Below are positions 32,784 through 43,114 of a DNA stretch of 64,000 bases, in pieces (positions within the stretch are counted from its first letter, which is position 1; every line of letters starts with the position of its first letter). Made by a program: the position numbers and the translations under genes. The notes under the pieces are model-generated. The model saw only the letters and a list, made by a program, of their open reading frames with translations, was not told where the DNA came from and searched no databases. The DNA is from Blastocladiella emersonii ATCC 22665 (taxonomy: Eukaryota > Fungi > Blastocladiomycota): assembly GCA_025594325.1 (NCBI GenBank), contig JANHCV010000012.1:1391091-1455090 (forward strand). Reading direction: 5' to 3'.

Positions 32784-34536
32784 ATGAGCAGCGACGTCCG
32801 GGTGATCCGCAATGTGCTGCTGCCGCACTTTGGCGAGCACGTCACGGTGAGTTGCTGCATGCTGCGAGAGCAACACCCGCCGGTCGCTCACGAGCGCCAT
32901 CTTCCCTCCCCTCCTCGTGTAGTCCGTAGCGTGCGCGCTCGCGAAAAAGGGCCGTCAGACGCTCGCCCAGGTTGCGCGGGTCAGCGGGCACACGGTGCCG
33001 ATTGCCCGCCTCGCGCTGCTGGTGCTGATCCAGCACGGGCTGGCCGTGTACTTTGCGCAGGTCGAGGGCTCGCGCGAGGTGCTGTACTACACGCTCGACG
33101 TGCAGCGGGTGCTGTGGCGGCAGCGGTTCCCGCGGTACATCAAGGCGGCGCGCGACCTGTACCAGGACGAGGGCAAGCTGATTGTGTCGCTGCTGCTGCT
33201 GCACGGCCGGCTGTCGCTGGCCAAGCTGCTCGCGCTGACGGACCGCCGCCAGTACCAGACCGAGAGCGTGCGCGAGACCTTCATCCAGATGGTTCACGAC
33301 CGCTACCTCAAGGGGTCCGCCGCCACCGACTCGGTCTCGGACCTCGACGTGCGCCTCAAGCGCCACAAGGAGGACCTCGACAAGCTCGGCGTCATGCCCA
33401 CACCCAAGGAGCTGCGCTCGCTCGCCCTCAAGCGCGAGCGCGAGGCCCAGGAGGAGCTCGACAACGCCGTCGTCATTGGCATGAAGCGCAAGCCGGGGCT
33501 CGCCAACTCGACCTCGGCCGCCGACTACAGCAACAAGGCGTACAAGGCGTTTGACCTCGACCCGGACGTGTACTTTGTCGTGCACTACGAAAAGTTCCAC
33601 CGCACCTTCCAGCTCGACATGCTGGTGCAGGTCGCGCAGGAGCGCATCAACCTGGTCGCCGGCAAGGTGCTGCGGTGCGCGATCCAGCTGCTGACGACGG
33701 CCGCGCCCACGGCCGGGTCGGCGGCGAGCGACAGCAATGAGGGCGCGGGCCTGCTCGCGGCGCGCCCGACCACGGCGACCACGGTGACGCCGTCGCAGAT
33801 CCACCACAACCTCCAGATCTCCGAGGCCAACCTCGCCATGGAGTACCCGCGCGACTTCACGCCGGGCGCGGTGCAGAAGGTCAACGACTACCTGGACCTG
33901 CTCGAGGCGTCCGAGCTGCTGGTCAAGGACTCGAACCGCAACGCTTTCGCGCTGCCTTCGCAGTCGCAGATCGCCACGGTGCTGCAGGTGCGGCACGCAC
34001 AGCACTACGCGTACAAGCGGCACGGCAAGTGGGGCATGCGCATCTTCCGCGCGCTGCTGCTGCGCGGCAAGCTCGAGGAGAAGCAGCTCGCCACGCTCAC
34101 CATGCTCCCCGTGTCGTCCGCCCGCCGCGCCATGTACGAGATGCACCACCAGGGCCTGATCGAGCTGCAGCTCGTGCACAAGACGGCCGACCGCGCCCCG
34201 ATGCGCACCTTCTACATCTTCTACATCGACATGCCCAACATGGTGCGGTCGTTCCGCCTGGGCCTGCGCCAGGCGCTGTGCAACGCGGCCGAGCGGCTGG
34301 TCGCGACCGAGGCCGTGGCGCGCGGCGGGGCGGGCGCGGCAGCGGCGGCGGCAGCGGCGCGGCGGCAGCGACTCCTGGCCAAGCGCGCGGCCGAGGCGGA
34401 CGGCGGCGAGGAAGGGGACGATGTGGACAAGGACATGGTGGACGCCGAGACGCTGATGCAGAAGAACGAGAAGGCGCAGCGCATGCTCAAGGTGGCGCTG
34501 CTGCGGCTCGACAAGGACATGCTCATCTACGAGTAG
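32784..34536 (+). CDS. RPC82: RNA polymerase III subunit RPC3 (Rpc82/POLR3C)
   Basis: Exon 1 MSSDVRVIRNVLLPHFGEHVT, intron 32847-32922. Then KKGRQTLAQV..ARLALLVLIQHG, RQRFPRYI, RIFRALLLRGKLEEKQL, and LQLVHKTADRAPMRTFYIF. Confidence 0.88.
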
Positions 34537-34567
34537 GTTTCGCACGGTTGTATTGGGTCCTCTCTTT

Positions 34568-35288
34568 TTATAGCGTAAACTTCATACACCTGCCGCGTCG
34601 GTTCAGCGTCAGTTCCCCACGAATCAAAAAGTAGCAGTGGCGCGAGGTGACGGTACCGGGTCTCGGTGTGGGTGCCCTGGCACGGCAGCGAGCAGTAGAG
34701 CATGCCGCACTTGACGCACGTGTAGGCGGCCTTGAACCCGCACACGGAGCACAGCTTGCGCGCGGGCCGCGTGGACGGGCCGACGACGGCGGTCAGGTAG
34801 GTCGGAATGTCGGGCGGGTAGTACTCGAGCCGCTACCTCGTGGTCGTGAGTGGGGTAGGGGGTCTCACAGCGCGGCGGTGGCGGCGTACCGACTCCTCGA
34901 TGTGCGACGCCAGCGTGCGCTTGGCCTGGAGGACACGGGCGACGCGCGCGCTCTTCTGCTGCTGTTGCCGCTTGCGCCCGCGCGGCGGCTTCCCTCCCGG
35001 CAGCAGCACGCCCGCAGCGGCGGCCTGGACGAGCTCGTCGGCAAACGACGTGCTCCCGCCCGCCACGGCCGCCGACTCGGACGCACCGCCCGCAACGGCC
35101 GACGCGAGAAAGGCGCCGAACGGGTCGTCAGCGGCCGCCACGGCCGAGGAGGCACCCGCCCCGCGCGCGACGGCGTAGTTGTCCGAGTCGAGGTCGCTCA
35201 GGTGGCGCTGCTTGTGCATCCAGCGCATCGCGTCGTCCATGGCCTTGCGCGCGGACGCGGCGCGCGGGTTGGTTGTCGTGTGATTCAT
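34568..35288 (-). CDS. VPS71: SWR1 complex zf-HIT subunit Vps71/ZNHIT1
   Basis: HLSDLDSDNYA, YLTAVVGP..RPARKLCSVCGFKAAYTCVKCGMLYCSLPCQGTHTETR|CMKFTL-stop. Two introns. Confidence 0.88.
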
Positions 35289-35418
35289 GGCAGCGTGAGG
35301 TGTGATGATGAGAGAGCGCTGACCGAGGCGCGGGACTCTTTTGCCTTGCTCGCTCAGCCGCGGCCGACCATCAACAACCGCGCTCGCTCTCTCTCTCCAC
35401 CCTAAACAACGCATCGCC

Positions 35419-36435
35419 ATGTCATTCCCGCCCAACGTCGACCGCACCTACAACCCGGCGCTGGTGCGGCTGCACCCGGCCAACCAGCACCCGGTGCTGC
35501 GCGCGTGGGCGTCCGAGCCCTCCATCACGCCCGCGTCCCTGGTCTACCCGGTGTTCATTGTCGACGACGAGGACGCCGTCGAGCCCATCGCGTCGCTGCC
35601 GGGCGTCGCGCGGTACGGCGTGCGGTCGCTGGTCGCGCACCTGCGCCCGCTCGTCGCCAAGGGCCTCGGGACCGTGCTGCTGTTCGGCGTGCCGACCAAG
35701 ATCCCCAAGGACAACGCCGGCAGCGCCGCGCTCGACCCCAAGACCCCCGTGGTCCTCGCCCTCGCCGCCCTGCGCGCCGAGTTCCCGCACCTCGTCCTGG
35801 CCGTCGACCTGTGCCTGTGCGCCTACACGTCGCACGGCCACTGCGGCATTCTCGGGGACGACGAGACCCTCGACAACGCCGCCAGCATCGCGCAGCTCGC
35901 GCGCGTCGCCGTCCACTACGCGCAGGCCGGCGCCCAGATCATCGCGCCCAGCGACATGACGGACAACCGCGTGCACGCCATCAAGCAGGCGCTGTACGCC
36001 AGCGCCCTCGACAAGGTGTCGGTCATGGCGTACTCGGCCAAGTTCGCGTCCGTCTTCTACGGCCCGTTCCGCGACGCGGCCAAGTCGGCGCCCGGCAAGG
36101 GCGACCGCAAGTGCTACCAGCTGCCGCCCAACTCGCGCAAGCTCGCGCGCCGCGCCATTGTGCGCGACGTGGCCGAGGGCGCCGACATGATCATGGTCAA
36201 GCCGGGCTACCCGTACCTCGACATTGTGCGCGACGCCGCCGACCTCGCCCCGGACGTGCCCGTCGCCGTGTACCAGGTTTCGGGCGAGTACGCCATGCTC
36301 TACCACGGCGCCCAGGCGGGGGCTTACGAGCTCAAGGGCGCCGTCATGGAGTCGCTCGAGGCGTGCCTGCGCGCCGGCGCTACCATCCTCATCACCTACT
36401 ACACGCCGCAGCTGCTCGACTGGATCCGCGAGTAG
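35419..36435 (+). CDS. HEM2: Delta-aminolevulinate dehydratase (porphobilinogen synthase, Zn type)
   Basis: [14 protein letters not shown] Zn site, [46 protein letters not shown]. Confidence 0.97.
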   Translation: MSFPPNVDRTYNPALVRLHPANQHPVLRAWASEPSITPASLVYPVFIVDDEDAVEPIASLPGVARYGVRSLVAHLRPLVAKGLGTVLLFGVPTKIPKDNAGSAALDPKTPVVLALAALRAEFPHLVLAVDLCLCAYTSHGHCGILGDDETLDNAASIAQLARVAVHYAQAGAQIIAPSDMTDNRVHAIKQALYASALDKVSVMAYSAKFASVFYGPFRDAAKSAPGKGDRKCYQLPPNSRKLARRAIVRDVAEGADMIMVKPGYPYLDIVRDAADLAPDVPVAVYQVSGEYAMLYHGAQAGAYELKGAVMESLEACLRAGATILITYYTPQLLDWIRE

Positions 36436-36481
36436 TCTGTCTCTATTCTTTTACTCTATCGGGGATGGTATACAAACACAA

Positions 36482-37909
36482 TCATACGCGCACCCGCAGC
36501 TCCGACTTGATCTTCTCGACCACGGCTAGGTCGCGCCAGTACCGTTGCGTGAGCGCCTCGAGCTCCTCGTCGTGCTCCGACTTGGGCCCCCCACCTCCCG
36601 CCTGCGCTGCTGGTGGCGCACCCCGCGGGCCCGCAACGTGCGAGATACTCCCGCCCGCACTCACCGCGAGCGGCGGCAGCACGGGCGCGCGCGGCCGCGG
36701 GACGCCCGCCGCGTACTCGGCCATCTTGCGCCGCCGCGCCCGCGCTTCCTCGACTGCCGGGTCCGGCGCGGGCGCCAGAGGCAGCGACGGCGACGGGTCC
36801 TCGGAAGTTGAGGCCGGACCGTTGCTCGCGCGGCTCGACGTCCGCTGCTGCTGTTGCTGTGAGGCAATTGCGGCCGCGCGCAGCTGCTGGCCGTAGCTCT
36901 GCGCGCGCCGCACGCGCGCCAGCCGTTCGAGGAACTCGGGCGCTGTGCGGTTGATGGGCAGGCCGCCGAGCTTGACGGGCTCGCGCAGCCGCGCGGCTGA
37001 GATGCGCGGCGGCGGGGGCGATGCTGCGGCCGCCGCTGCAGCGTATGTCATGGCGGGGTTCGTACTAACGCCGGCGGACGCAGGAGTCGTGGCGAGCGGC
37101 GAGAAGGCGACGGCAGGACCGCTGCCCGAGGCTGGCTGGCGCGGCGGCGGCCACACGGGGTGCTCGGACGCGGTCGCGGCGGTCGATGACGAGGAGGGCG
37201 AAGGGACCCACTGCGCCTTGAACTGGAACTTGCGCGGGCCTTCGAGCGGGCCGGCCTCGGGCGGCGTCTGTGGCCGCGTCTGCGGGGGCGGCGGGACGGG
37301 TGCGTGCTGGGCCGGCGTGGTCGACCCGCGCGACTTGCGGCGCAGGACGCCGCCGGGGCGCGACGTGGGCGTGTCGACGAGCAGCCGCGGGACGGGCGGC
37401 GGCGGTCCCGCGCGTACCGATGAGGCGGGTACCGCCAGACTCCGTCCAGCGGGAGCGTGGGCCCCGCGGCCAGGCGATGCGGGTGCTCCGTCGTGCGCGC
37501 CGAGATCGTAGGCCGCGAGCGCGATCCGGGCCGCCGCCGAGGCGGCGCGCGCACCCGCGTCAACGACGCTCTGGTGTTTGGCGCCCTGCATGTTCGGGAG
37601 CGGCGCGGGGGCCGTCATGGCGAGCGCGCGGTCGGCGTCGTCGGCCATGCGGCGCAGCGACGCGAGCGACCATGCCGCGGGCAGGGACTCGGCGAGCGCG
37701 ACGAGCGACGGCGGCGCGGGCCGCGCGGCGTGTGACTTGGCGGTACTCGTGTTGAAGTCTGCGGCTGACGCTGAGGCCGAGGTGCTCATGGTCGGGTTGG
37801 TAGTGGTCGACGTGGCCGCGCCCGCGTGCGAGCGCCGCGGCGGTTTCTGGCCCGAGGCGCCGCCGCCGCGCGTGGATCGCGGCGTCGAGGTCGGTGCGGG
37901 GCGTGTCAT
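36482..37909 (-). CDS. Low-complexity protein with JHY-like C-terminal motifs (putative ciliary)
   Basis: RRAQSYGQQLR, RRKMAEYAAGVPRP and EELEALTQRYWRDLAVVEKIK recall the JHY C-terminal domain. Start at 37909 or 37789. Confidence 0.45.
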   Translation of the reverse strand: MTRPAPTSTPRSTRGGGASGQKPPRRSHAGAATSTTTNPTMSTSASASAADFNTSTAKSHAARPAPPSLVALAESLPAAWSLASLRRMADDADRALAMTAPAPLPNMQGAKHQSVVDAGARAASAAARIALAAYDLGAHDGAPASPGRGAHAPAGRSLAVPASSVRAGPPPPVPRLLVDTPTSRPGGVLRRKSRGSTTPAQHAPVPPPPQTRPQTPPEAGPLEGPRKFQFKAQWVPSPSSSSTAATASEHPVWPPPRQPASGSGPAVAFSPLATTPASAGVSTNPAMTYAAAAAAASPPPPRISAARLREPVKLGGLPINRTAPEFLERLARVRRAQSYGQQLRAAAIASQQQQQRTSSRASNGPASTSEDPSPSLPLAPAPDPAVEEARARRRKMAEYAAGVPRPRAPVLPPLAVSAGGSISHVAGPRGAPPAAQAGGGGPKSEHDEELEALTQRYWRDLAVVEKIKSELRVRV

Positions 37910-38065
37910 TGCAGTTGCGGCTGCTGTGGATCCATTCGAGTTACATGTGGGGAGCGGGAGGGAAGAGGAGCGCGATCATACGTTCGTGGTGACGCGCCGA
38001 GGCAGAGGGGGAGACACTTTGCCGTGGGAGACACTTCTCCCCTGCAACGACCACCATCTGCTGCC

Positions 38066-39573
38066 ATGAAAGCTTCTGACATGCAACGACACCCCGCAAC
38101 GGGGCCCGACACGGTCTCCGCGGACGTCCTCCGCCGCGCCCTGCGCGAGCTCTCGGCAAATGTGCAAGGTTCCTCTCGCCCTGCTGCAGCCAAGCGCGAC
38201 GTGCAGCGCCACCAACACCCGCGGCCCCTCTAGATCTATGTGTCCCCGCGAGCGGCGAGTGCCTCCGCGTGCGCGGCGCACCGACCGCGCTCGAGTTCCT
38301 ACGCATGGTCCGCAACAACCAGCCCGTCGTCTTTGAGGGTGCGTCCGCGTCTTCGCTGCCGCTCTACGACGCCGTGTTCTGATGCCCGCCATCCGATCCA
38401 GGTCTCGCCACGGACTGGCCCGCGCTCAGCAAGTGGACGCCCGAGTACCTGACCGCCGTCATGGGCGACCGCAGCGTGACGACCTCGTTCACGCCGACCG
38501 GGTACGCCCACCTCGCCTGCCGCGCTCCCACATCCAACCTTACCGCGAGATCAACGTAGCTTCGCTGACGCGCCACTGCACGTCGCGGAGACGGGCACGA
38601 CCTACTTTGTCCTGCCGCACGACGTGCGCCTTCCGTTCCGCGACTCGCTGGCGCACCTGCTCGCGACGCGGGCCCAGAGTCCCGCCGCCCCCGCGCTGCC
38701 GTCGCTCGCGACCGCCGACATCACCGCGACGCACCCCGCCGTCGTCGTGGCGTCGCCGACGCCCGGCGTCCCCGTCGCGTACATGCAGACGCAGAACGGG
38801 TGTCTCTCGGATCCGGGCGAGTGGGCCGCGCTGCGCGCTACGGGCGACGTGCCCGCGACGCTCAGCTGGGCCGACGAGGCTATGGGGGGCGCCGGGCCCG
38901 ACGCCGTCAACGTGTGGTTCGGGTCGGCGGCGGCTGCGACCGCTGTCCACAAGGACCCCTACGAGAACCTGTACGCTGTCGTCGCGGGGACTAAAGTGTT
39001 CCGCCTGTACCCGCCGAGCGAGGCGTGGCGCATGCAGGGTACGTCAAGGCTTGTTGGTGCGAGGGGTGTGCGCTGGTGCTGACCGCGTGGCCGCTTGTAG
39101 AGGAGCAGCTCGTGCCCGCGCACTACGCACCGCACGCGTCGGGGAGCGCGGCCAAGGGGCTCGAGGTCGGCGACGCGTTCGCCGTGGTCCCGGACGCGGA
39201 CGCGCCGAGCGTGCCGTGGATCGTGGCGCCCGACGCGGACGCCGTGTGCATCGAGGTACACGTTCACGCTGGCGACGTGGTACGCTCCCTCCCTCGCACA
39301 GCGGAGACCGCCCCCGCCTGCTAACGCAGACGTCCGCGCGCCTAGCTCTTCCTGCCCTCTCAATGGTACCACGCCGTGCACCAGGTCCCGTCGGACACCG
39401 ACGTGAACCCGCTCGTGGTCGCCGTCAACTGGTGGTACGACATGCAGTACGGGTCGGCGTTTGCGCACCAGCAGCTCGTCCGCGCGCTCGGCAGCGTGCT
39501 GCGGACGGGCGCGCTTCCGCCCGCGCCCGCCGGCCTGTCCGACTCGGACGACTCAGACTACAACGACGAGTGA
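38066..39573 (+). CDS. JMJD7: JmjC hydroxylase JMJD7
   Basis: [53 protein letters not shown] (HxD), [11 protein letters not shown] (His), [11 protein letters not shown]. About five short introns. Confidence 0.88.
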
Positions 39574-39599
39574 ACTCCCAAATGTATTCTCCGCTCACC

Positions 39600-41182
39600 T
39601 CACGACGCGAGCGCATCCTTGGAATCGACGCGCGGGCCGACGGCGATCTTGCCGTTACTGTCGACGCGGCGCGCGAGCCCCGCGAGTTCCCGGACGACCG
39701 CGCCTGCGAGCTTGGCGCGGCGCTTGGTCTCGCTCGCCACGAGGCCGGGCGCGAGGAGGGCGGCGCCGATCAGCGCAACGAGCGTCGTCCACACCACGCC
39801 GAGCGCGAGGACCGCGCCCGCGACCCCGCCGCCGCGCGAGTACCCGGCGACGACGGCCATGCTCGCGAGCAGCGCGAACGCGGCGAATGGGAGCGCGGCG
39901 GCGAGCCGCAGCTGCATCGTCGACCACCCGGTCCACGCGGGCCGCGCGGCGCGCGCGTACCGCGACGGGCGCGTCCCCGACGGCTTGACGGCGGGGCCCT
40001 CGAGCGTCGCCAGGGCCCAGGCGGCGAGCGGGTTGCGGTCGACGAGCAGGCGGGCGCGCGCGCGGACCCACGCCACGTCCTTGTGCCAGTCGGCGTCGGG
40101 GTCGAGGAAGGGCAGGCCCGGCGGGAGGACGGTCGGCGCCGAGGCCGCGGGGAGGACGAGCGGGGCGAGGTACGCCGCGAGCGCGAGGTCCGCGGCCGTC
40201 GGCGCCGCGGTGCGCGCCGGGTCGACGAGCGACACGCGCGGTTTCCCGCCCACGGCGACGATGGGCGTGCTCGTGTACCGCGAGAGCAGCGGGTCGACGG
40301 ACAGCAGCGTGTCGAGGACGCGCTCGGCCGCGTCGAACGCGCGCTGGGCGTCGTCGGCGGTCGCGCGCAGGCCGATCCACGGCACGTCAAGGACGGCGGG
40401 CGCGACGGCGGCGCGGAACACGGCGGCGTGGATCGGCGCGTGGATCGCGGCCGCGTAGGCCGCGCGGTGTGCCGGGTGCGCCATGACGTGCCAGTACACT
40501 TGCTGGGTGCGCGGGGCGAGGTCGCGGTCGAGCACGGCCTCGAGGGCGAGCGCAGCCTCGGCCACGTCCCGCGCGTCCGGGTAGATGCGCGCGCCCGGGC
40601 GCGACAGCAGCGCGCGCGCGTAGATGTACATGAGGGCGTCGGCCGGCGCGCGCGTGCGGTGGCCGCGTTCCGCCGAGAGCAGCGGCAGGCGCGCGAGCGA
40701 GGAGAGAGTTGGCGTCAGCGACGTGGCGGCGGCCTGCGCGGTCGCATCGTCGTCGTCGTCGTTGGTCTCGCCCGGCGACGAGGCGGGCACGGGCGACAGG
40801 CCGAGCGCCGTCCACCAGTGCACGCCGACGGGCGCCTCGACGTCCGTGTGCGCGACGCCCCACCGCGCCATGCACCAGCGCACCTTGGCTACTCGCGCGT
40901 GGTTGGCGTGAGTGGGAGTCGACGGGGCCAGGAGCGGCACCGGCGCGTACCGGAGACCACGTCGCCGAGCACCGTGTACAGGATCGGGTGCTGGTTGGCC
41001 CCCGTCGTGTTGGCGGTAGTTGCTGGGCGCGAAGCGTTCGACGCAGGCTGCGCGGGAGGGGCGGGCGTGTCCGGCTCAGAGTCGGAGCCCGACGACGACG
41101 GGAGCGCGTCAAAGCGCGCGTAGTTGTCGAACGGGCGGCGCTGTGTCGCCGTGGGCGCGGCCGGCGCGGTGGTCGATGGCAT
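39600..41182 (-). CDS. Metaxin/Sam37-like outer-membrane GST-like protein (tentative)
   Basis: Exon 1 to 40950, intron to ~40892. YWHVM, AQRAFDAAERVLDTLLS and TAADLALAAYLAPL resemble metaxin/GST-C. Two C-terminal hydrophobic helices. Confidence 0.5.
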
Positions 41183-41541
41183 GGTGGTGTGTTACTCTGC
41201 CGCGTGTGCGTATGCTTTGTTGAGGACGAGCGAGTGAGAAGGAGCGCGGTGTGAGCGAGGACGGGCCGCCTGACGGGCCGCTGGCTGCAAAGGTCGCTTG
41301 GGCAGGGACGATGGCGATCGGCCCCGACGCGTGAGAAGGACGCATCGTGACGCGTCGTGGGACGAGCACGGGAACGGGGTAGCAAGGTGGGAGACACTAT
41401 TCGGGTGTGGTCGTGGTGGCGCGACGCGTGGGAGCGGCTGCGAGACGCGTCTCCGTCGTTGAGAAAAGAGCTGAGCCACCTCAGACCCGGAGGTGTCACC
41501 CAGGAATAGATATATCACGCCCAGTCCAGCGAGAGAATGAC

Positions 41542-42933
41542 TCATTGCGAATACGACACACGATCCCGCACGCCGAGCTCGTGCACCTCGACGGGGCGGG
41601 GCGGCCAGGCGCGGAACGGGGCGACCATGAGGCATCCGATCGTCGCCGCGATGGGCACCGTCGGGTCGACGTGCTCGCCCGCAAACGCGTCGGGTGCGCA
41701 CCGCTGCACGCAGATGCGCGCCGTGACCACGCGCGACAGCGCCCCGCCGAGGTAGTCGGCCGCCGCGACCGCGTCCTTGGCGTCGGCGTCGGTCCTGCCG
41801 TACGGCCGGCCGCTGACGGACGCGTCGCGCGTCACGGGCCACCACGGCACCAGCGCCTCGCCCGTCTCGTGCCAGGGGACGGCGCTCGGTGGGACGCCAA
41901 ATACCTGGGCCGTGGTGACGATGAGCGTGACGCGGCGCTTCTGGAGCCGGCGCACGAGCGCAGCGAGCTGGACCGAGGCCTGCTGGAACGACTGCCCGCG
42001 GTCCTTGCGGTACGCGGCGGGCAGGTCAATATTGCGCGACATCTTGAGCGGGCGCAGCAGCGCCGTGAGCGAGTCGATGAACACGGTGCCCGGTACGACC
42101 TCGGTCCGCCTTCTCCTTGGCGGTGGTGCCGAGCCGTCGCTCGTGGGGGGAACAGCAAAGGCGCCGGCAGGACCCGGTGTTGGCCGCGCGGCAGCAGCGC
42201 CGAACGGGTCCTCGGCCGACCGCGCGAGGAGGGCGAGCGTCGCGCACAGCTCGGGGTAGCTGCGCACGCGGTACACGGCGATGCGCGCCAGGGCCTCGCG
42301 CGCGACCTGGGCCGTCCACTCGGCGGCAGCGGCGACGGTGGCGGGGTCGCCGCCGGCGTACTCGGAGGTGGCTAGCCCGTACGGCGCGAGCGACGCGGAG
42401 AGCGAGCGGCCGACGTGGGTGGCGATCAGGTCGCGCACGCGGCGCACGTCGAAACGGCCGTCGCAATCGACGAACGCGACGCGCGCGCCCAGCCCGTACA
42501 GCGGCACGCTGACGCCGACGCCGCCGACGGGCGCGACGAACACGGCGGCGGTCGGGACGACGCGCGTCAGCAGCATGTGGTAGACGAGCGACGACTTGCC
42601 GCACGCCGGCGGGCCGTGCAGCTCGAGCACGTTGCCCTCGCGCAGCACGGGCGGGCGCACCGCGTGGCCGTCGGGCGGCGCGTCCTGGCCGAGCAGCGGG
42701 CGCGGCAGCGCGAGCGGGCCGTCGAGCGCGTCGAGGTAGAAGCCGGGCACGGCGGGCCGCGTGCCGTACTGCGGATTACGCGCGCAGTCGACGGCGTCGA
42801 GCAGCGTCTCCTTGACGATGGCGGCGTGCAGATGGGCCCGCCGCTTCGTGTGCGATCGAGGCCGCCTGGACGCGCCAGAGGCACCCGGCGTGGGCAGCAG
42901 GGCCTGTGCAGGTGGTGGTGGGTGGTAGTACAT
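41542..42933 (-). CDS. RAD51 paralog, XRCC2-like
   Basis: Walker A VLELHGPPACGKSSLVYH, VAFVDCDGRFDV, and Walker B-like VFIDSLTA. Confidence 0.68.
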   Translation of the reverse strand: MYYHPPPPAQALLPTPGASGASRRPRSHTKRRAHLHAAIVKETLLDAVDCARNPQYGTRPAVPGFYLDALDGPLALPRPLLGQDAPPDGHAVRPPVLREGNVLELHGPPACGKSSLVYHMLLTRVVPTAAVFVAPVGGVGVSVPLYGLGARVAFVDCDGRFDVRRVRDLIATHVGRSLSASLAPYGLATSEYAGGDPATVAAAAEWTAQVAREALARIAVYRVRSYPELCATLALLARSAEDPFGAAAARPTPGPAGAFAVPPTSDGSAPPPRRRRTEVVPGTVFIDSLTALLRPLKMSRNIDLPAAYRKDRGQSFQQASVQLAALVRRLQKRRVTLIVTTAQVFGVPPSAVPWHETGEALVPWWPVTRDASVSGRPYGRTDADAKDAVAAADYLGGALSRVVTARICVQRCAPDAFAGEHVDPTVPIAATIGCLMVAPFRAWPPRPVEVHELGVRDRVSYSQ

Positions 42934-43114
42934 GGTGGTGCTGCGTCGATTCATTAGGCTCGGGAGGAAGGAGGGGGCGAAGTCGGTGTGAGGCTTAGAT
43001 TTTTCAGGCCCGCTCTCGAGTGGTCGGCGCCGACGCCCGCCCGACGCGTCGCTCACAACCCGCGCTCTCTTCTCACCCTCATCAGCTTCTCGTCGCCGTC
43101 ACAGCACGGATCGA

